The notes beneath the pieces were generated by a model, which had not been told where the DNA came from, ran no database searches, and saw only the letters and a program-made list of their open reading frames with translations. A stretch of DNA of 64,000 nucleotides from an uncultured Bacteroidota bacterium (GTDB taxonomy: Bacteria; Bacteroidota; Ignavibacteria; UBA10030; UBA6906): the NCBI GenBank assembly GCA_963779225.1, contig CAVZWW010000003.1:1503835-1567834 (forward strand). Direction: 5' to 3'. The position numbers and the translations under genes are program-made. Below are positions 54,340-63,314 of this stretch, in pieces (positions within the stretch are counted from its first letter, which is position 1; the number at the start of each line of letters is the position of its first letter).

Positions 54340-56124
54340 TCACACCTCATCGGGAGAAGGGAGATTCTTGAACCACGTGTAGTAGAGGACTATCCCCAGG
54401 GCAATGAAGACACCGATCCAGATTCCCATGGAGCCCCAATCGCGGAGAAAGAGGAAGAAAGGAATCAGGGCGAGGGAGACCTGAAAAAAGACCGTCAAAA
54501 ATCCGTTCAGCATGTCTATACGCGGCATGGGATCGCCGACGGGGACGAGCCCTCTCCGTTCGGCCTCGCGCCGCACAGGTCCCCAGAACCCGAAGGGACG
54601 GACCTTCGAGTAGAAGGTGACCAGGGTATCCATGCTGGTGGGGGCTGTCAACCAACCGATGGTAATCGTCACGACAAAAGAGCCGATGGTGTCCACGGCG
54701 AGGGTCACCAGAACGGACCAATTCGCAAAGAAGAGTTTTTGCGCCAGGATAATGCTCGTTGAAGCGATCATGCTCCACACAAACGCTCTTGCACTGAAAC
54801 GCCACCAGTGCCACCGGCATGTCGAAGGCACCAGGATCATTGTGACGACGATGAAGATCATGGTCTCCCAGGCGGAAACGATGTCGGTGAAGGAGAGACT
54901 GAAGACGAATCCGAGCGTGATGGCACCGACGGATGCCAGCTGCCCCATTCTGACGAGCCAGTGTTGAGACCGGTCCTTCCCCCAGTAGCGCCCGAGAAAA
55001 TCGTTCGTAATAACAGAACTGGTGACGTTGATCATTGCGCTGAGTGTGGACATCAGTGCGGCGAGAAGGACGGCCATAAAAATTCCCCGGACTCCGATCG
55101 GGAGTCTCTTGAGGACCAGCGGCATGATTTTCTCCGCGTCGAAACCTGCGGCACCCCCGAGGTACACAATGCCCAGCACGAGGAATGAACAGGCGATAAT
55201 CCAGCGGAGCGTGTACCCCACGGTCCACGTGCCCGCCGCAAGCATGGCGTCACGCGGGCTTCTGGTGGTAAGAAAGAATTGGAAGTCCCAGACATTGGGA
55301 CCAGCGAGGACCCGGAAGATCAGCCATGAAAACCCTACCAGAAGCATTGGTCCGAAGAGGTAGTAGTGCTGGTAGCTTGCCGGCGTATCCTCCAGGTAGG
55401 ACGACCAGAGAGTCCAGGTAGGCGCGAGAGAACTCCATCCGGGGTCCTTTCCGGCAAGAAATGAAGTGCCATCCCCGGCCTGGAATGCCATGATCCCGAG
55501 AACAACCGCGCCGATGGCGATCAAAATGGTCTGAAATACATCTGCCAGAATGACCCCTTTGAATCCCCCGAGCGTGACATAAATACCGACCACGCCGAAG
55601 ACGAGGAGGGCGGAGACCCATCGGGAGAAGGGAAGAAACTCTTCGGCGAATTTTCCGGTTCCCACCGCCATAAACATCAGGTTGAAGACCATCAGAACGA
55701 GCAGAAACGTTGCGGCGGCCAGCCGGGCATATTCTGTGTCTTTTGTGTTGCCGAATCGCGTGACATTCCATTCGGCAAAGGTCATGACGCCGGATCGCCG
55801 GATGTACTTGGCCTGAAAGGCCATATAGAAGCAGATGATCAGCCAGCCCCAGAAGATGTGTGTCATCCATATGCTCTTGACGCCCAGATAGAACATGGCG
55901 CCGACGAGGGCCATCGTGCCCCCGATATCAATGTAGCTCGAACAGCCGGAAAGTCCGAGCATCCACCAGGGGACATCACGGTCGGCAAGGAAATACGATC
56001 CGACGCCGGCCGTGGCTTTCTTCTGGATATACACGCCGATCAGGGCATTCAAAAGAAGATAGCCGGCGATGATAGCGATATCGACCCAGTGCAAATCCAT
56101 AATCATCTCCCGGTTGCTGGTCAA
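54340..56124 (-). CDS. sodium:solute symporter (SSF) family transporter
   Basis: 594 aa with about 14 TM helices and an SSF-like N-terminus (YFLADRDVPWWMLGLSGCSSYIDIGGTMALVGAMFYLG). The true start may be the internal M at MIMD, since the operator abuts the annotated ATG. Confidence 0.85.
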   Translation of the reverse strand: MTSNREMIMDLHWVDIAIIAGYLLLNALIGVYIQKKATAGVGSYFLADRDVPWWMLGLSGCSSYIDIGGTMALVGAMFYLGVKSIWMTHIFWGWLIICFYMAFQAKYIRRSGVMTFAEWNVTRFGNTKDTEYARLAAATFLLVLMVFNLMFMAVGTGKFAEEFLPFSRWVSALLVFGVVGIYVTLGGFKGVILADVFQTILIAIGAVVLGIMAFQAGDGTSFLAGKDPGWSSLAPTWTLWSSYLEDTPASYQHYYLFGPMLLVGFSWLIFRVLAGPNVWDFQFFLTTRSPRDAMLAAGTWTVGYTLRWIIACSFLVLGIVYLGGAAGFDAEKIMPLVLKRLPIGVRGIFMAVLLAALMSTLSAMINVTSSVITNDFLGRYWGKDRSQHWLVRMGQLASVGAITLGFVFSLSFTDIVSAWETMIFIVVTMILVPSTCRWHWWRFSARAFVWSMIASTSIILAQKLFFANWSVLVTLAVDTIGSFVVTITIGWLTAPTSMDTLVTFYSKVRPFGFWGPVRREAERRGLVPVGDPMPRIDMLNGFLTVFFQVSLALIPFFLFLRDWGSMGIWIGVFIALGIVLYYTWFKNLPSPDEV

Positions 56125-56125
56125 A

Positions 56126-56139
56126 TGTTAGCGCTAACA
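56126..56139. promoter_or_regulatory. Third copy of the operator core TGTTAGCGCTAACA, immediately upstream of the minus-strand symporter-GH38-GH3 operon.
   Basis: Exact 14-bp core shared with sites 1 and 2. It is positioned over the 5' UTR and start codon, consistent with repression. Confidence 0.45.
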
Positions 56140-56307
56140 GACAAAGCTCCCGGCGTGCGGATTGCAGGGTAGCAGAAGAATGTCGGGCGAGTAACAGTAT
56201 TGAGACTGGACATGGAGAAGGAGCGGGCTGGTGCCGACCGCTCCTGCACGCTCTGCACAATGTAGGCAGCAGTCGCGGAAAGGTCAAGCAGATCTGACGT
56301 GCCTTTT

Positions 56308-56325
56308 TATACGATTTTTCGTATA
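56308..56325. promoter_or_regulatory. 18-bp palindrome TATACGATTTTTCGTATA (7-bp arms, 4-bp spacer) in the divergent intergenic region ahead of the efflux operon.
   Basis: A perfect inverted repeat read from the sequence. It lies about 130 bp upstream of the macA-like start. It is a candidate TetR/MarR-type operator. Confidence 0.3.
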
Positions 56326-56456
56326 TTTCAGGCTGATTTTGAGCCGAACTCGCCCCTGTGAAGCTAAACTCTTTCCCCGCCGGGGTGTCTAATATTCGAC
56401 GAACCGCTGCTCCGGTTTTGCCGGAAATCCCCCAATGTGATTCACAAGGATTGCTG

Positions 56457-58001
56457 ATGAAAAAGAGAATCGTCATCCCCGTTGCCCTGCTCGTCATCGC
56501 TGTCGCCCTGTTCGTTGTTTTCTCCCGCGGCAACGACAAGAAGTACGAATTCCGCTATGACAAGGTCACCGAAGGTGATGTCACCATGAACGTGACCGCC
56601 ACCGGTACTATCAACGCCGTGACCAGCGTCGAGGTGGGAACACAGGTCTCGGGCATCATCATGAAACTGTATGCCGATTTCAATTCGATTGTGAAAGAAG
56701 GGCAGTTGATCGCACAGATCGACCCGACCTTCCTCCAACAGGCGGTGAAGGACGCTTCGGCCAGCCTTGAACGCGCGCAGGCACAATACGCCGACGCAAA
56801 ACGGGTACTCGAAAGGACAAAAACCCTCTTCGAGAAGAACCTCGAGTCACAGATGAATTATGATGCGGCGGTCACCCAGTTCGAAACGAATTCCGCGGCA
56901 CTGAAACAGGCAACGGCATCCCTCGACCGTGCAAAGATCAATCTCGCCTATGCGACCATCTATGCGCCGATCAGCGGCGTGGTGATTGACCGGAAGGTGA
57001 ATGTCGGGCAGACCGTGGCAGCGAGTTTCTCCTCGCCCACACTGTATACCATTGCCAACGATCTCCACAAGATGCAGGTGCAGGCCACAATCGATGAATC
57101 CGATATCGGCAAGATCAACCTCGGACAGGAGGCAACATTCAACGTCGATGCCTACCCGGATGATCGATTCACCGGGACGGTGTCACAAATCCGTCTCGCC
57201 CCGGTCTCCATCCAGAATGTGGTGAACTACACGGTGATCATCGACTTCAGCAACGATCAGTTGAAGCTCATGCCGGGTATGACGGCAAACGTGAGAGTCC
57301 TTGTGGGCAGCAGCACGGGTGTTCTGCGCGTCCCGAATATGGCTCTGCGCTTTCAGCCACCGGCCGATCTGGTGGACAGCGCGAAAGTCAAGGAGTTGGG
57401 CGAGAGCGCGTTTGGCATGGGAGGAGGAAGGAGACCGGGAAGGGGCTCCGGTGAATTTGGCATGGGAGGAGGCAGCGGCCCTGGAACGGGCTCCGGTGAT
57501 TCTGGCATGGACAACGGAGACACCACGGGTACTGCCCAACGCCGTGCGAGGCGGCAGGCGATGCGGGACTCCATCCAGGCGGCGCACGGCGGAAAGCTGA
57601 GCGACGACGAGTTGATGGGGGAAATGCGCAAGGTGTTTGAGCGGGTGCGGCAGGCGGGAGCACCGCGAACACCGACACCCCCACCGGCAAGTGTCCCGAA
57701 GCGTTCCGCTCAGGGGTCACGCTTCGGTATAGAAAATACCTTTCCGGAATTCCAGAAAGCCGCATCAGCACCGGTGCCACGGTTCACACGGGGCAGGGTG
57801 TGGATCATGAACAGCAGCGGCAAACTCGAGCCCGTACCTGTCAGAACGGGACTTTCCGACGGACGGTTCACCGAGGTCAAATCCCAGAGCCTGAAATCGG
57901 GTGATCAGATCGTCCTGGGTGCATCGTTGACGTCCGAAATTGCTTCAGGATCCTCCACAAACCCGCTGGCGCCACAGCAGATGGGAGGGGGCAGGCGTTG
58001 A
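56457..58001 (+). CDS. efflux transporter periplasmic adaptor subunit (MacA/HlyD family) with an approximately 150-aa Gly/Pro-rich low-complexity insertion
   Basis: AAGGA ribosome-binding site. An N-terminal TM helix, coiled-coil hairpin and beta-barrel regions are present (...IDPTFLQQAVKDASASLERAQAQYADAKR...). The insert is FGMGGGRRPGRGSGEFGMGGGSGPGTGSGDSGM... Confidence 0.8.
   Translation: MKKRIVIPVALLVIAVALFVVFSRGNDKKYEFRYDKVTEGDVTMNVTATGTINAVTSVEVGTQVSGIIMKLYADFNSIVKEGQLIAQIDPTFLQQAVKDASASLERAQAQYADAKRVLERTKTLFEKNLESQMNYDAAVTQFETNSAALKQATASLDRAKINLAYATIYAPISGVVIDRKVNVGQTVAASFSSPTLYTIANDLHKMQVQATIDESDIGKINLGQEATFNVDAYPDDRFTGTVSQIRLAPVSIQNVVNYTVIIDFSNDQLKLMPGMTANVRVLVGSSTGVLRVPNMALRFQPPADLVDSAKVKELGESAFGMGGGRRPGRGSGEFGMGGGSGPGTGSGDSGMDNGDTTGTAQRRARRQAMRDSIQAAHGGKLSDDELMGEMRKVFERVRQAGAPRTPTPPPASVPKRSAQGSRFGIENTFPEFQKAASAPVPRFTRGRVWIMNSSGKLEPVPVRTGLSDGRFTEVKSQSLKSGDQIVLGASLTSEIASGSSTNPLAPQQMGGGRR
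57411..57510 (+). repeat. 45-bp in-frame tandem repeat (about 2.2 copies) inside the macA-like gene, encoding FGMGGG(R/S)xPGxGSGE/D units
   Basis: TTTGGCATGGGAGGAGG...GGCTCCGGTGA is repeated at 57411 and 57456, with a partial third copy at 57501. Confidence 0.6.
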
Positions 58002-58789
58002 GCAGACAGTCCACGACCGCTTCGCCGGGTTTTGACGGGGCGCTGATACATATCGATCACCTGACAAAAGTCTACCCGCTCGGTGAGATGGAGGTCCACG
58101 CCCTGCGCGGCGTGTCGGCAGAGATCAAGAATGGAGAGTTCCTTGCGATTATGGGAGCTTCCGGATCGGGCAAATCGACCTTCATGAACATACTCGGTTG
58201 CCTGGACAAACCCACAAAGGGTTCCTACATGCTCGGCGATATCGACGTGAGCAAGCTTACTCGCGATGAGCTCGCGCATATCCGGAACGCCAAGATCGGC
58301 TTTGTCTTTCAGGGATTTAACCTCCTTTCCCGCACTTCGGCGATAGAAAACGCTGAACTGCCGCTGCTTTATTGCGCGATGTCGAATAAGGAACGGAAGG
58401 AGCGCGCGGTTGCCGCTCTGGAGCGCGTGGGTCTGGGGGATAGGATACACCACTTTCCGAACCAGCTGTCCGGCGGGCAGCAACAGCGTGTGGCCATAGC
58501 CCGGGCACTTGTGAACGACCCCAGCATCGTCCTTGCAGACGAGCCGACCGGAAACCTGGACAGCCGCACGAGTGTGGAAGTGATGGGGATTTTCCAGGAA
58601 TTGAACAACCATGGAATTACCGTGATCCTGGTAACCCACGAGCCGGATATCGCACAATTTGCCAAACGTCACATCGTGTTCCGGGACGGAAAAATCAGGT
58701 CGGATAAGTCCAACCCCGCGCCACGCGTGGCTGCAGAAGTGCTGAAGGAAATGCCCGTGATTGACGATGAGGAGGAGGAAGGATCATGA
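57998..58789 (+). CDS. ABC transporter ATP-binding protein (MacB/LolD type)
   Basis: Walker A GASGSGKST, the signature LSGGQQQRVAIARAL, Walker B IVLADEPTGNLD and the H-loop are present. TTG start overlapping the macA-like stop. Confidence 0.9.
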   Translation: MSRQSTTASPGFDGALIHIDHLTKVYPLGEMEVHALRGVSAEIKNGEFLAIMGASGSGKSTFMNILGCLDKPTKGSYMLGDIDVSKLTRDELAHIRNAKIGFVFQGFNLLSRTSAIENAELPLLYCAMSNKERKERAVAALERVGLGDRIHHFPNQLSGGQQQRVAIARALVNDPSIVLADEPTGNLDSRTSVEVMGIFQELNNHGITVILVTHEPDIAQFAKRHIVFRDGKIRSDKSNPAPRVAAEVLKEMPVIDDEEEEGS

Positions 58790-60003
58790 AGACTATCAAC
58801 ATTGTCCGCTCCGCGTTCCGGGCGCTTCGCCGCAACAAAATGCGTTCATTTCTGACGATGCTGGGGATTATCATCGGGGTCGGCGCCGTGATCGCCATGC
58901 TTGCAATCGGCCAGGGAGCCGAGTACTCGGTGAAACAACAGATCTCCTCGCTCGGCACAAACGTTCTCATCGTGTTTCCGGGTTCTCAACAGACGGGTGG
59001 ACTGAGAATGGGGGCAGGAACCGTAACAACCCTCACGGAAGAAGACGCGTGGGCGATTCAGAAAGAGTGCCCTGCGGTGGCGTTTGTCTCCCCCGGCGCC
59101 CGTGGAGGTGGACAGGTGATCGCGGGCAACCTGAACTGGGGGACGAGCATCGAGGGGACGGGGGCGGACTATCTGGAAATCCGGAGCTGGACGATCGAGT
59201 ACGGCGAGTTCTATTCCGATCAGGACGTCAAAGCCGCTTCGAAGGTTTGCATCCTGGGAAAGACCGTGGCAGACGCTCTCTTTCCAGAGTCGACCCCGGT
59301 CGGCCAGAACATCCGCATACGGAATGTTCCCTTCAGAGTTCTCGGTGTGCTATCGAAAAAAGGGCAAAACGCGATGGGGATGGACCAGGACGATATCATC
59401 CTTGCCCCGTATACCACGGTGTTGCGTCGCCTGTCACATTATCCGTATCTCCGGCAGATTCTCGTTTCCGCGACAAGCTCCTCGAACATCGGCGCCGCGC
59501 AGGCACAAATCTCCGAACTCCTGCGGATGCGCCACAAGATCGCACCGTTTGAAGCCGACGATTTCACCATCCGGAATCAATCCGACCTTGCGGCAACTGC
59601 GACGGCCACCACCGAGATCCTGACAATCCTTCTGGCGAGCATCGCGTCCGTATCCCTGCTGGTGGGGGGCATCGGCATCATGAATATCATGCTGGTCTCC
59701 GTGACCGAACGGACACGCGAAATCGGGATCAGAATGAGTGTGGGCGCGCGGGGCCGGGACATTCTGACGCAATTCCTGATTGAGGCGCTTGTACTCAGTC
59801 TGCTGGGAGGGATTCTCGGGATTCTGCTCGGCGTTGGCGGGTCCCTCGCGATTTCCAGTTTCGCGAAGTGGCCGACCATTATTACCGTGTTCTCGATTCT
59901 CCTGTCGTTCGGCTTTTCGATTGCGATCGGCATCTTCTTCGGTTTCTACCCGGCGCGTAAGGCCGCACTGCTGAATCCCATCGACGCGCTGAGATATGAA
60001 TGA
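58786..60003 (+). CDS. ABC transporter permease, FtsX/MacB-like
   Basis: MKTINIVRSAFRALRRNKMRSFLTMLGIIIGVGAVIAM..., followed by a large periplasmic domain and three more TM helices. It overlaps the previous stop in an ATGA. Confidence 0.85.
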   Translation: MKTINIVRSAFRALRRNKMRSFLTMLGIIIGVGAVIAMLAIGQGAEYSVKQQISSLGTNVLIVFPGSQQTGGLRMGAGTVTTLTEEDAWAIQKECPAVAFVSPGARGGGQVIAGNLNWGTSIEGTGADYLEIRSWTIEYGEFYSDQDVKAASKVCILGKTVADALFPESTPVGQNIRIRNVPFRVLGVLSKKGQNAMGMDQDDIILAPYTTVLRRLSHYPYLRQILVSATSSSNIGAAQAQISELLRMRHKIAPFEADDFTIRNQSDLAATATATTEILTILLASIASVSLLVGGIGIMNIMLVSVTERTREIGIRMSVGARGRDILTQFLIEALVLSLLGGILGILLGVGGSLAISSFAKWPTIITVFSILLSFGFSIAIGIFFGFYPARKAALLNPIDALRYE

Positions 60004-60112
60004 CGGTCCGGGGCAACGCTCCTGCGGCGTAGCCCCGTTCCTTCACATGGTCTCGGGACGGCTCCGATTCTCCACATAACACTCTCGCAGTTGCAAACCC
60101 GCCGCCATCATC

Positions 60113-61618
60113 TCAGCGTATTACAATTATCTTCCGAGTTGCCGCATAGCGCTCTCCGCCGGGCGCCAGCCCTTCCGCCACCATCCTGCACAGGTAAATA
60201 CCTGACGCAACGGCCGGAGTCCACCCGGTCACATGGTATCCCGCCTGCCGGATTCCGTTCACGAGTTCCTGAACCCTCCGTCCCTGCACGTCATAGACAT
60301 CAATGTGCACGTTGCTCTCGTGCGGGAGGGCAAACTCCATCGTGGTAAAGCCGTTACAGGGATTCGGGAAATTGTTCAGCAATGCGAATGCTGATGGAGA
60401 ATTGGCCCTACCACTCTGCGACGAGTCCGGATCAATGTCGCGCGCGTAACGGGCATACAGCCCGCGCATGACCTCTTTCGTCCGATCCTGCTGAACGGGA
60501 TTCTGAAACCACTGCCATGAGAGTGCCCCGGCATAGCCCGACGCGTAAAGAGCCTGGTAAAGGGCGTTGTAGTGGATGCCATAGGCGTCGTCCAGCAGGA
60601 ATTCGGCTACCACAAGGGGCTTTGAGAGAGCCCAATGTGCGAATGGGTGAAAAAACGGAGAGAGCGCGGGCCCGGCCCAGTCGTAGTAATGTACCGTGTA
60701 GAAATCCAGAACCCCCAGTGGATCTCCCCCTGCGGCGAACAGTTGGTCATCGCGGTAATAATTCGCCCGCCCCGGACTCTCAAAGTGTCCAAGGATCTCT
60801 TCTGCCGGGAGCACCACTCCGTAGCGTCCTGCAAACCGGGTCTCGATGTCGTGTCGTCTTTCTTTCGTCAGAGCCTGTGATGGCGAAAGGGGATCTGACG
60901 GCTTTGCCACATCACGTACATCAGTGAGGGATATGAAGCTCCAGGCGCCTGAGGTGACCTGTGCCCGCGGATCGGTCCGATGAATGGCGCCTGCAATACG
61001 GTTCACGAATCGCTGAATGGCGATCATGGGAACATGATGCGTGAATGACCACCCGAACTCATTGCTCATGCCCTCCGGTTCGTTGCACACCTCCCAGGCA
61101 ATGATGCCCGGATGTCCTTTGAGAGCGTCAATCATCGGCACAAGAGCATTGTCGATGTACGCCTTTGTGGCGAGGGTATCGGTGAGCATCAACGCTGCTC
61201 TACCGGTAATATCCTCGCCGAAGGAGATCCGGAGCATGTCGAATGACCAGAGGCAAAGGATCAGCCCGATCTTCCGCCCGTGGGCGGCATCGAGAATGGC
61301 CTTCAGATCGGCTATTGCGCCAACCCCCGGGCCGATCACCAGGCCGGAGCTGTCAAATTCCGGAGTGACAGCGCCATTGGTATGCAGCCAGAGGCGCATG
61401 GTATTTCCGCCGCCGGCGCGAAGCGAATCGAACATGTCTCTGAATGTTCCCGGATCTGTCGGTCCCGGACCGATATCGGAGGCGAAGTTCACCCACGCGA
61501 TATTGGAGCCGCTCAAAAAGAGCTGCCGTCCGTTGAATGGAATCCGCGATTGAGCCGCCACGGGCGGATGTCCGCCAAGAACGAGCAGAAGGAGGAGTGT
61601 CGGTATGCATGAGCGCAT
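60113..61618 (-). CDS. secreted GH5-like glycoside hydrolase (beta-mannanase/cellulase-like) with a C-terminal T9SS sorting domain
   Basis: A signal peptide is present. GGNTMRLWLH and IIAWEVCNEPEG match the GH5 NEP acid/base region. The C-terminus ...LLNNFPNPCNGFTTMEFALP...SGIYLCRMVA...RKIIVIR is a T9SS sorting domain. Confidence 0.65.
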   Translation of the reverse strand: MRSCIPTLLLLLVLGGHPPVAAQSRIPFNGRQLFLSGSNIAWVNFASDIGPGPTDPGTFRDMFDSLRAGGGNTMRLWLHTNGAVTPEFDSSGLVIGPGVGAIADLKAILDAAHGRKIGLILCLWSFDMLRISFGEDITGRAALMLTDTLATKAYIDNALVPMIDALKGHPGIIAWEVCNEPEGMSNEFGWSFTHHVPMIAIQRFVNRIAGAIHRTDPRAQVTSGAWSFISLTDVRDVAKPSDPLSPSQALTKERRHDIETRFAGRYGVVLPAEEILGHFESPGRANYYRDDQLFAAGGDPLGVLDFYTVHYYDWAGPALSPFFHPFAHWALSKPLVVAEFLLDDAYGIHYNALYQALYASGYAGALSWQWFQNPVQQDRTKEVMRGLYARYARDIDPDSSQSGRANSPSAFALLNNFPNPCNGFTTMEFALPHESNVHIDVYDVQGRRVQELVNGIRQAGYHVTGWTPAVASGIYLCRMVAEGLAPGGERYAATRKIIVIR

Positions 61619-61828
61619 GGCAACAGGAAATATATGAAATGTCTCTCTCAGATTTGGTATCTCTTTCTTTTTGCTGCTCCGGCGGTTTTTACGTATTGAA
61701 ATCCGACGGAAAAGGGGTTGCTTTCTTACTTACTGCTGCCTATCTTGGTCCATCGCATCAGGTTCTTTGTACAGGTGAGTCAAGGATGTCTCGTCCAATG
61801 CCGCTCAATGCGGTAGGAGGCCTGCCCC

Positions 61829-62569
61829 ATGATTCGGCTCTTTTCAAGGATCCCTGATGCCCTCGTCAGGGTTCTCGTTGTCTTCGTACTCCTGTTCGCT
61901 GTTCTGCTCGTCGTCCGTTTGCTCCTTCCCCGCACTCTGACCGACACGGCAATTCACGTGCAGTCCACGATGGACCGTGAAATGGCGAAGCCCGTGATGT
62001 ATGCGGGTCAGAGCTCGTGCAAGGACTGTCACGAAGAGTACGCCAAGAAGGCATCGGGGTATCATAAGAACCTCTCATGTGAGACATGCCACGGCAGTGC
62101 CCGCCAGCATGCGGAGGCTCCGACAGAGACGAAGCCCGTCATCCCGGGCCGCCGGGAATTCTGCTACGGATGCCATCGTTACGATCCCGCGCGGCCGACC
62201 GGGTTCCCTCAGATTAATCCTGCGGCACACAATCCTCTCAAGGAATGCATTTCCTGTCACGATCCGCACGACCCGAAACCACCGAGCATTCCCCAGGAAT
62301 GTGCTGCATGTCATGGTGAAATCGCGCGCTCGAAAGCGATCTCTCCTCACGTCCAGCTTGAATGCACGACCTGCCATACCGTTCCTCCGGGGCACAAGAT
62401 CTCACCGCGAGCCGTGCGCGCAGAAGTGCCGACCGAGCGAGAGTTCTGCGGCCGTTGCCATGCCAAAGAGGCGTTACCCAAAGACCCGCCCAAGATCGAT
62501 CTTGCGACGCACGGCGAGAAGTATCTGTGCTGGCAATGCCACTATCCACATCTGCCGGAGCTCGACTGA
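61829..62569 (+). CDS. membrane-anchored octahaem c-type cytochrome
   Basis: An N-terminal TM helix and eight CxxCH motifs (CKDCH, CETCH, CYGCH, CISCH, CAACH, CTTCH, CGRCH, CWQCH) sit in 246 aa. A TAGGAGG ribosome-binding site is present. Confidence 0.85.
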   Translation: MIRLFSRIPDALVRVLVVFVLLFAVLLVVRLLLPRTLTDTAIHVQSTMDREMAKPVMYAGQSSCKDCHEEYAKKASGYHKNLSCETCHGSARQHAEAPTETKPVIPGRREFCYGCHRYDPARPTGFPQINPAAHNPLKECISCHDPHDPKPPSIPQECAACHGEIARSKAISPHVQLECTTCHTVPPGHKISPRAVRAEVPTEREFCGRCHAKEALPKDPPKIDLATHGEKYLCWQCHYPHLPELD

Positions 62570-62570
62570 G

Positions 62571-63314
62571 ATGAACCGACGAAAATTTGTGGAACGCCTG
62601 ATCTCGGTGGTTGCCTCGGTATCGGCTGTTGCATCCGGGTTTCGACGGGCGAGGGCGGGAGTGCCGGAGGGCTATGAGCCCGGCGCCCACCGTTACAGCA
62701 TGGGCATTCAGGTGGACAATTGCATTGGATGCGGCCGCTGCATGGAGGCATGTAAGGCGGAGAACCTCGTGCCTAAAGAACCGTACTTTTTAAGGACCTG
62801 GGTGGAGCGGTACCTGATCAGAAAGGACGGAACGGTGGCTGTCCGGAATATTGCCAATGATGAAACGGGTGGACAGGAATCTCCGGTGGACCGGAACATG
62901 CTCCGGAGTTTTTTCATTCCCAAGCTCTGCAACCAGTGCGACGAGCCGCCCTGCGTCCAGGTCTGTCCTGTGGGCGCGACAATCTCGACCGAAGACGGAG
63001 TTGTGCTGGTGGACGATCAGCGGTGTATCGGATGCCGGTACTGCATCCAGGCCTGTCCCTACGGCGCACGGTACCTCCACCCCGTTACCATGACCGCGGA
63101 CAAATGCACATTTTGCTATCATCGAATTACCAAGGGTCTCCTTCCCGCCTGCGTGGAGGTATGTCCGACCCAGGCACGGATTTTCGGCGATTTGAAAAGC
63201 AAATCGAATCCGCTGCAGCGCTTCAAGAGAATGCATAAGCTCTCCGTCTTGAAGCCGTCTCTCAACACCGAGCCAAAAGTCCTCTACTCCAATCTCGACG
63301 GAGAAGTGCGATGA
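62571..63314 (+). CDS. 4Fe-4S ferredoxin-type iron-sulfur subunit (NrfC/PsrB/HybA-like) with a Tat signal
   Basis: A twin-arginine motif (MNRRKFVERL) and four Cys clusters (CIGCGRCMEAC, CNQCDEPPCVQVCP, CIGCRYCIQACP, CTFC...CVEVCP) are present. The start is set at ATG 62571, directly after the cytochrome stop; the track ORF at 62001 is an out-of-context upstream extension. Confidence 0.85.
   Translation: MNRRKFVERLISVVASVSAVASGFRRARAGVPEGYEPGAHRYSMGIQVDNCIGCGRCMEACKAENLVPKEPYFLRTWVERYLIRKDGTVAVRNIANDETGGQESPVDRNMLRSFFIPKLCNQCDEPPCVQVCPVGATISTEDGVVLVDDQRCIGCRYCIQACPYGARYLHPVTMTADKCTFCYHRITKGLLPACVEVCPTQARIFGDLKSKSNPLQRFKRMHKLSVLKPSLNTEPKVLYSNLDGEVR

Noticed and set aside
62001-62570. Track ORF extending the FeS subunit 190 codons upstream into the cytochrome gene
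   Set aside because: It is out-of-frame overlap with a gene holding eight CxxCH motifs. The twin-arginine signal peptide begins at the ATG at 62571, right after the cytochrome stop.
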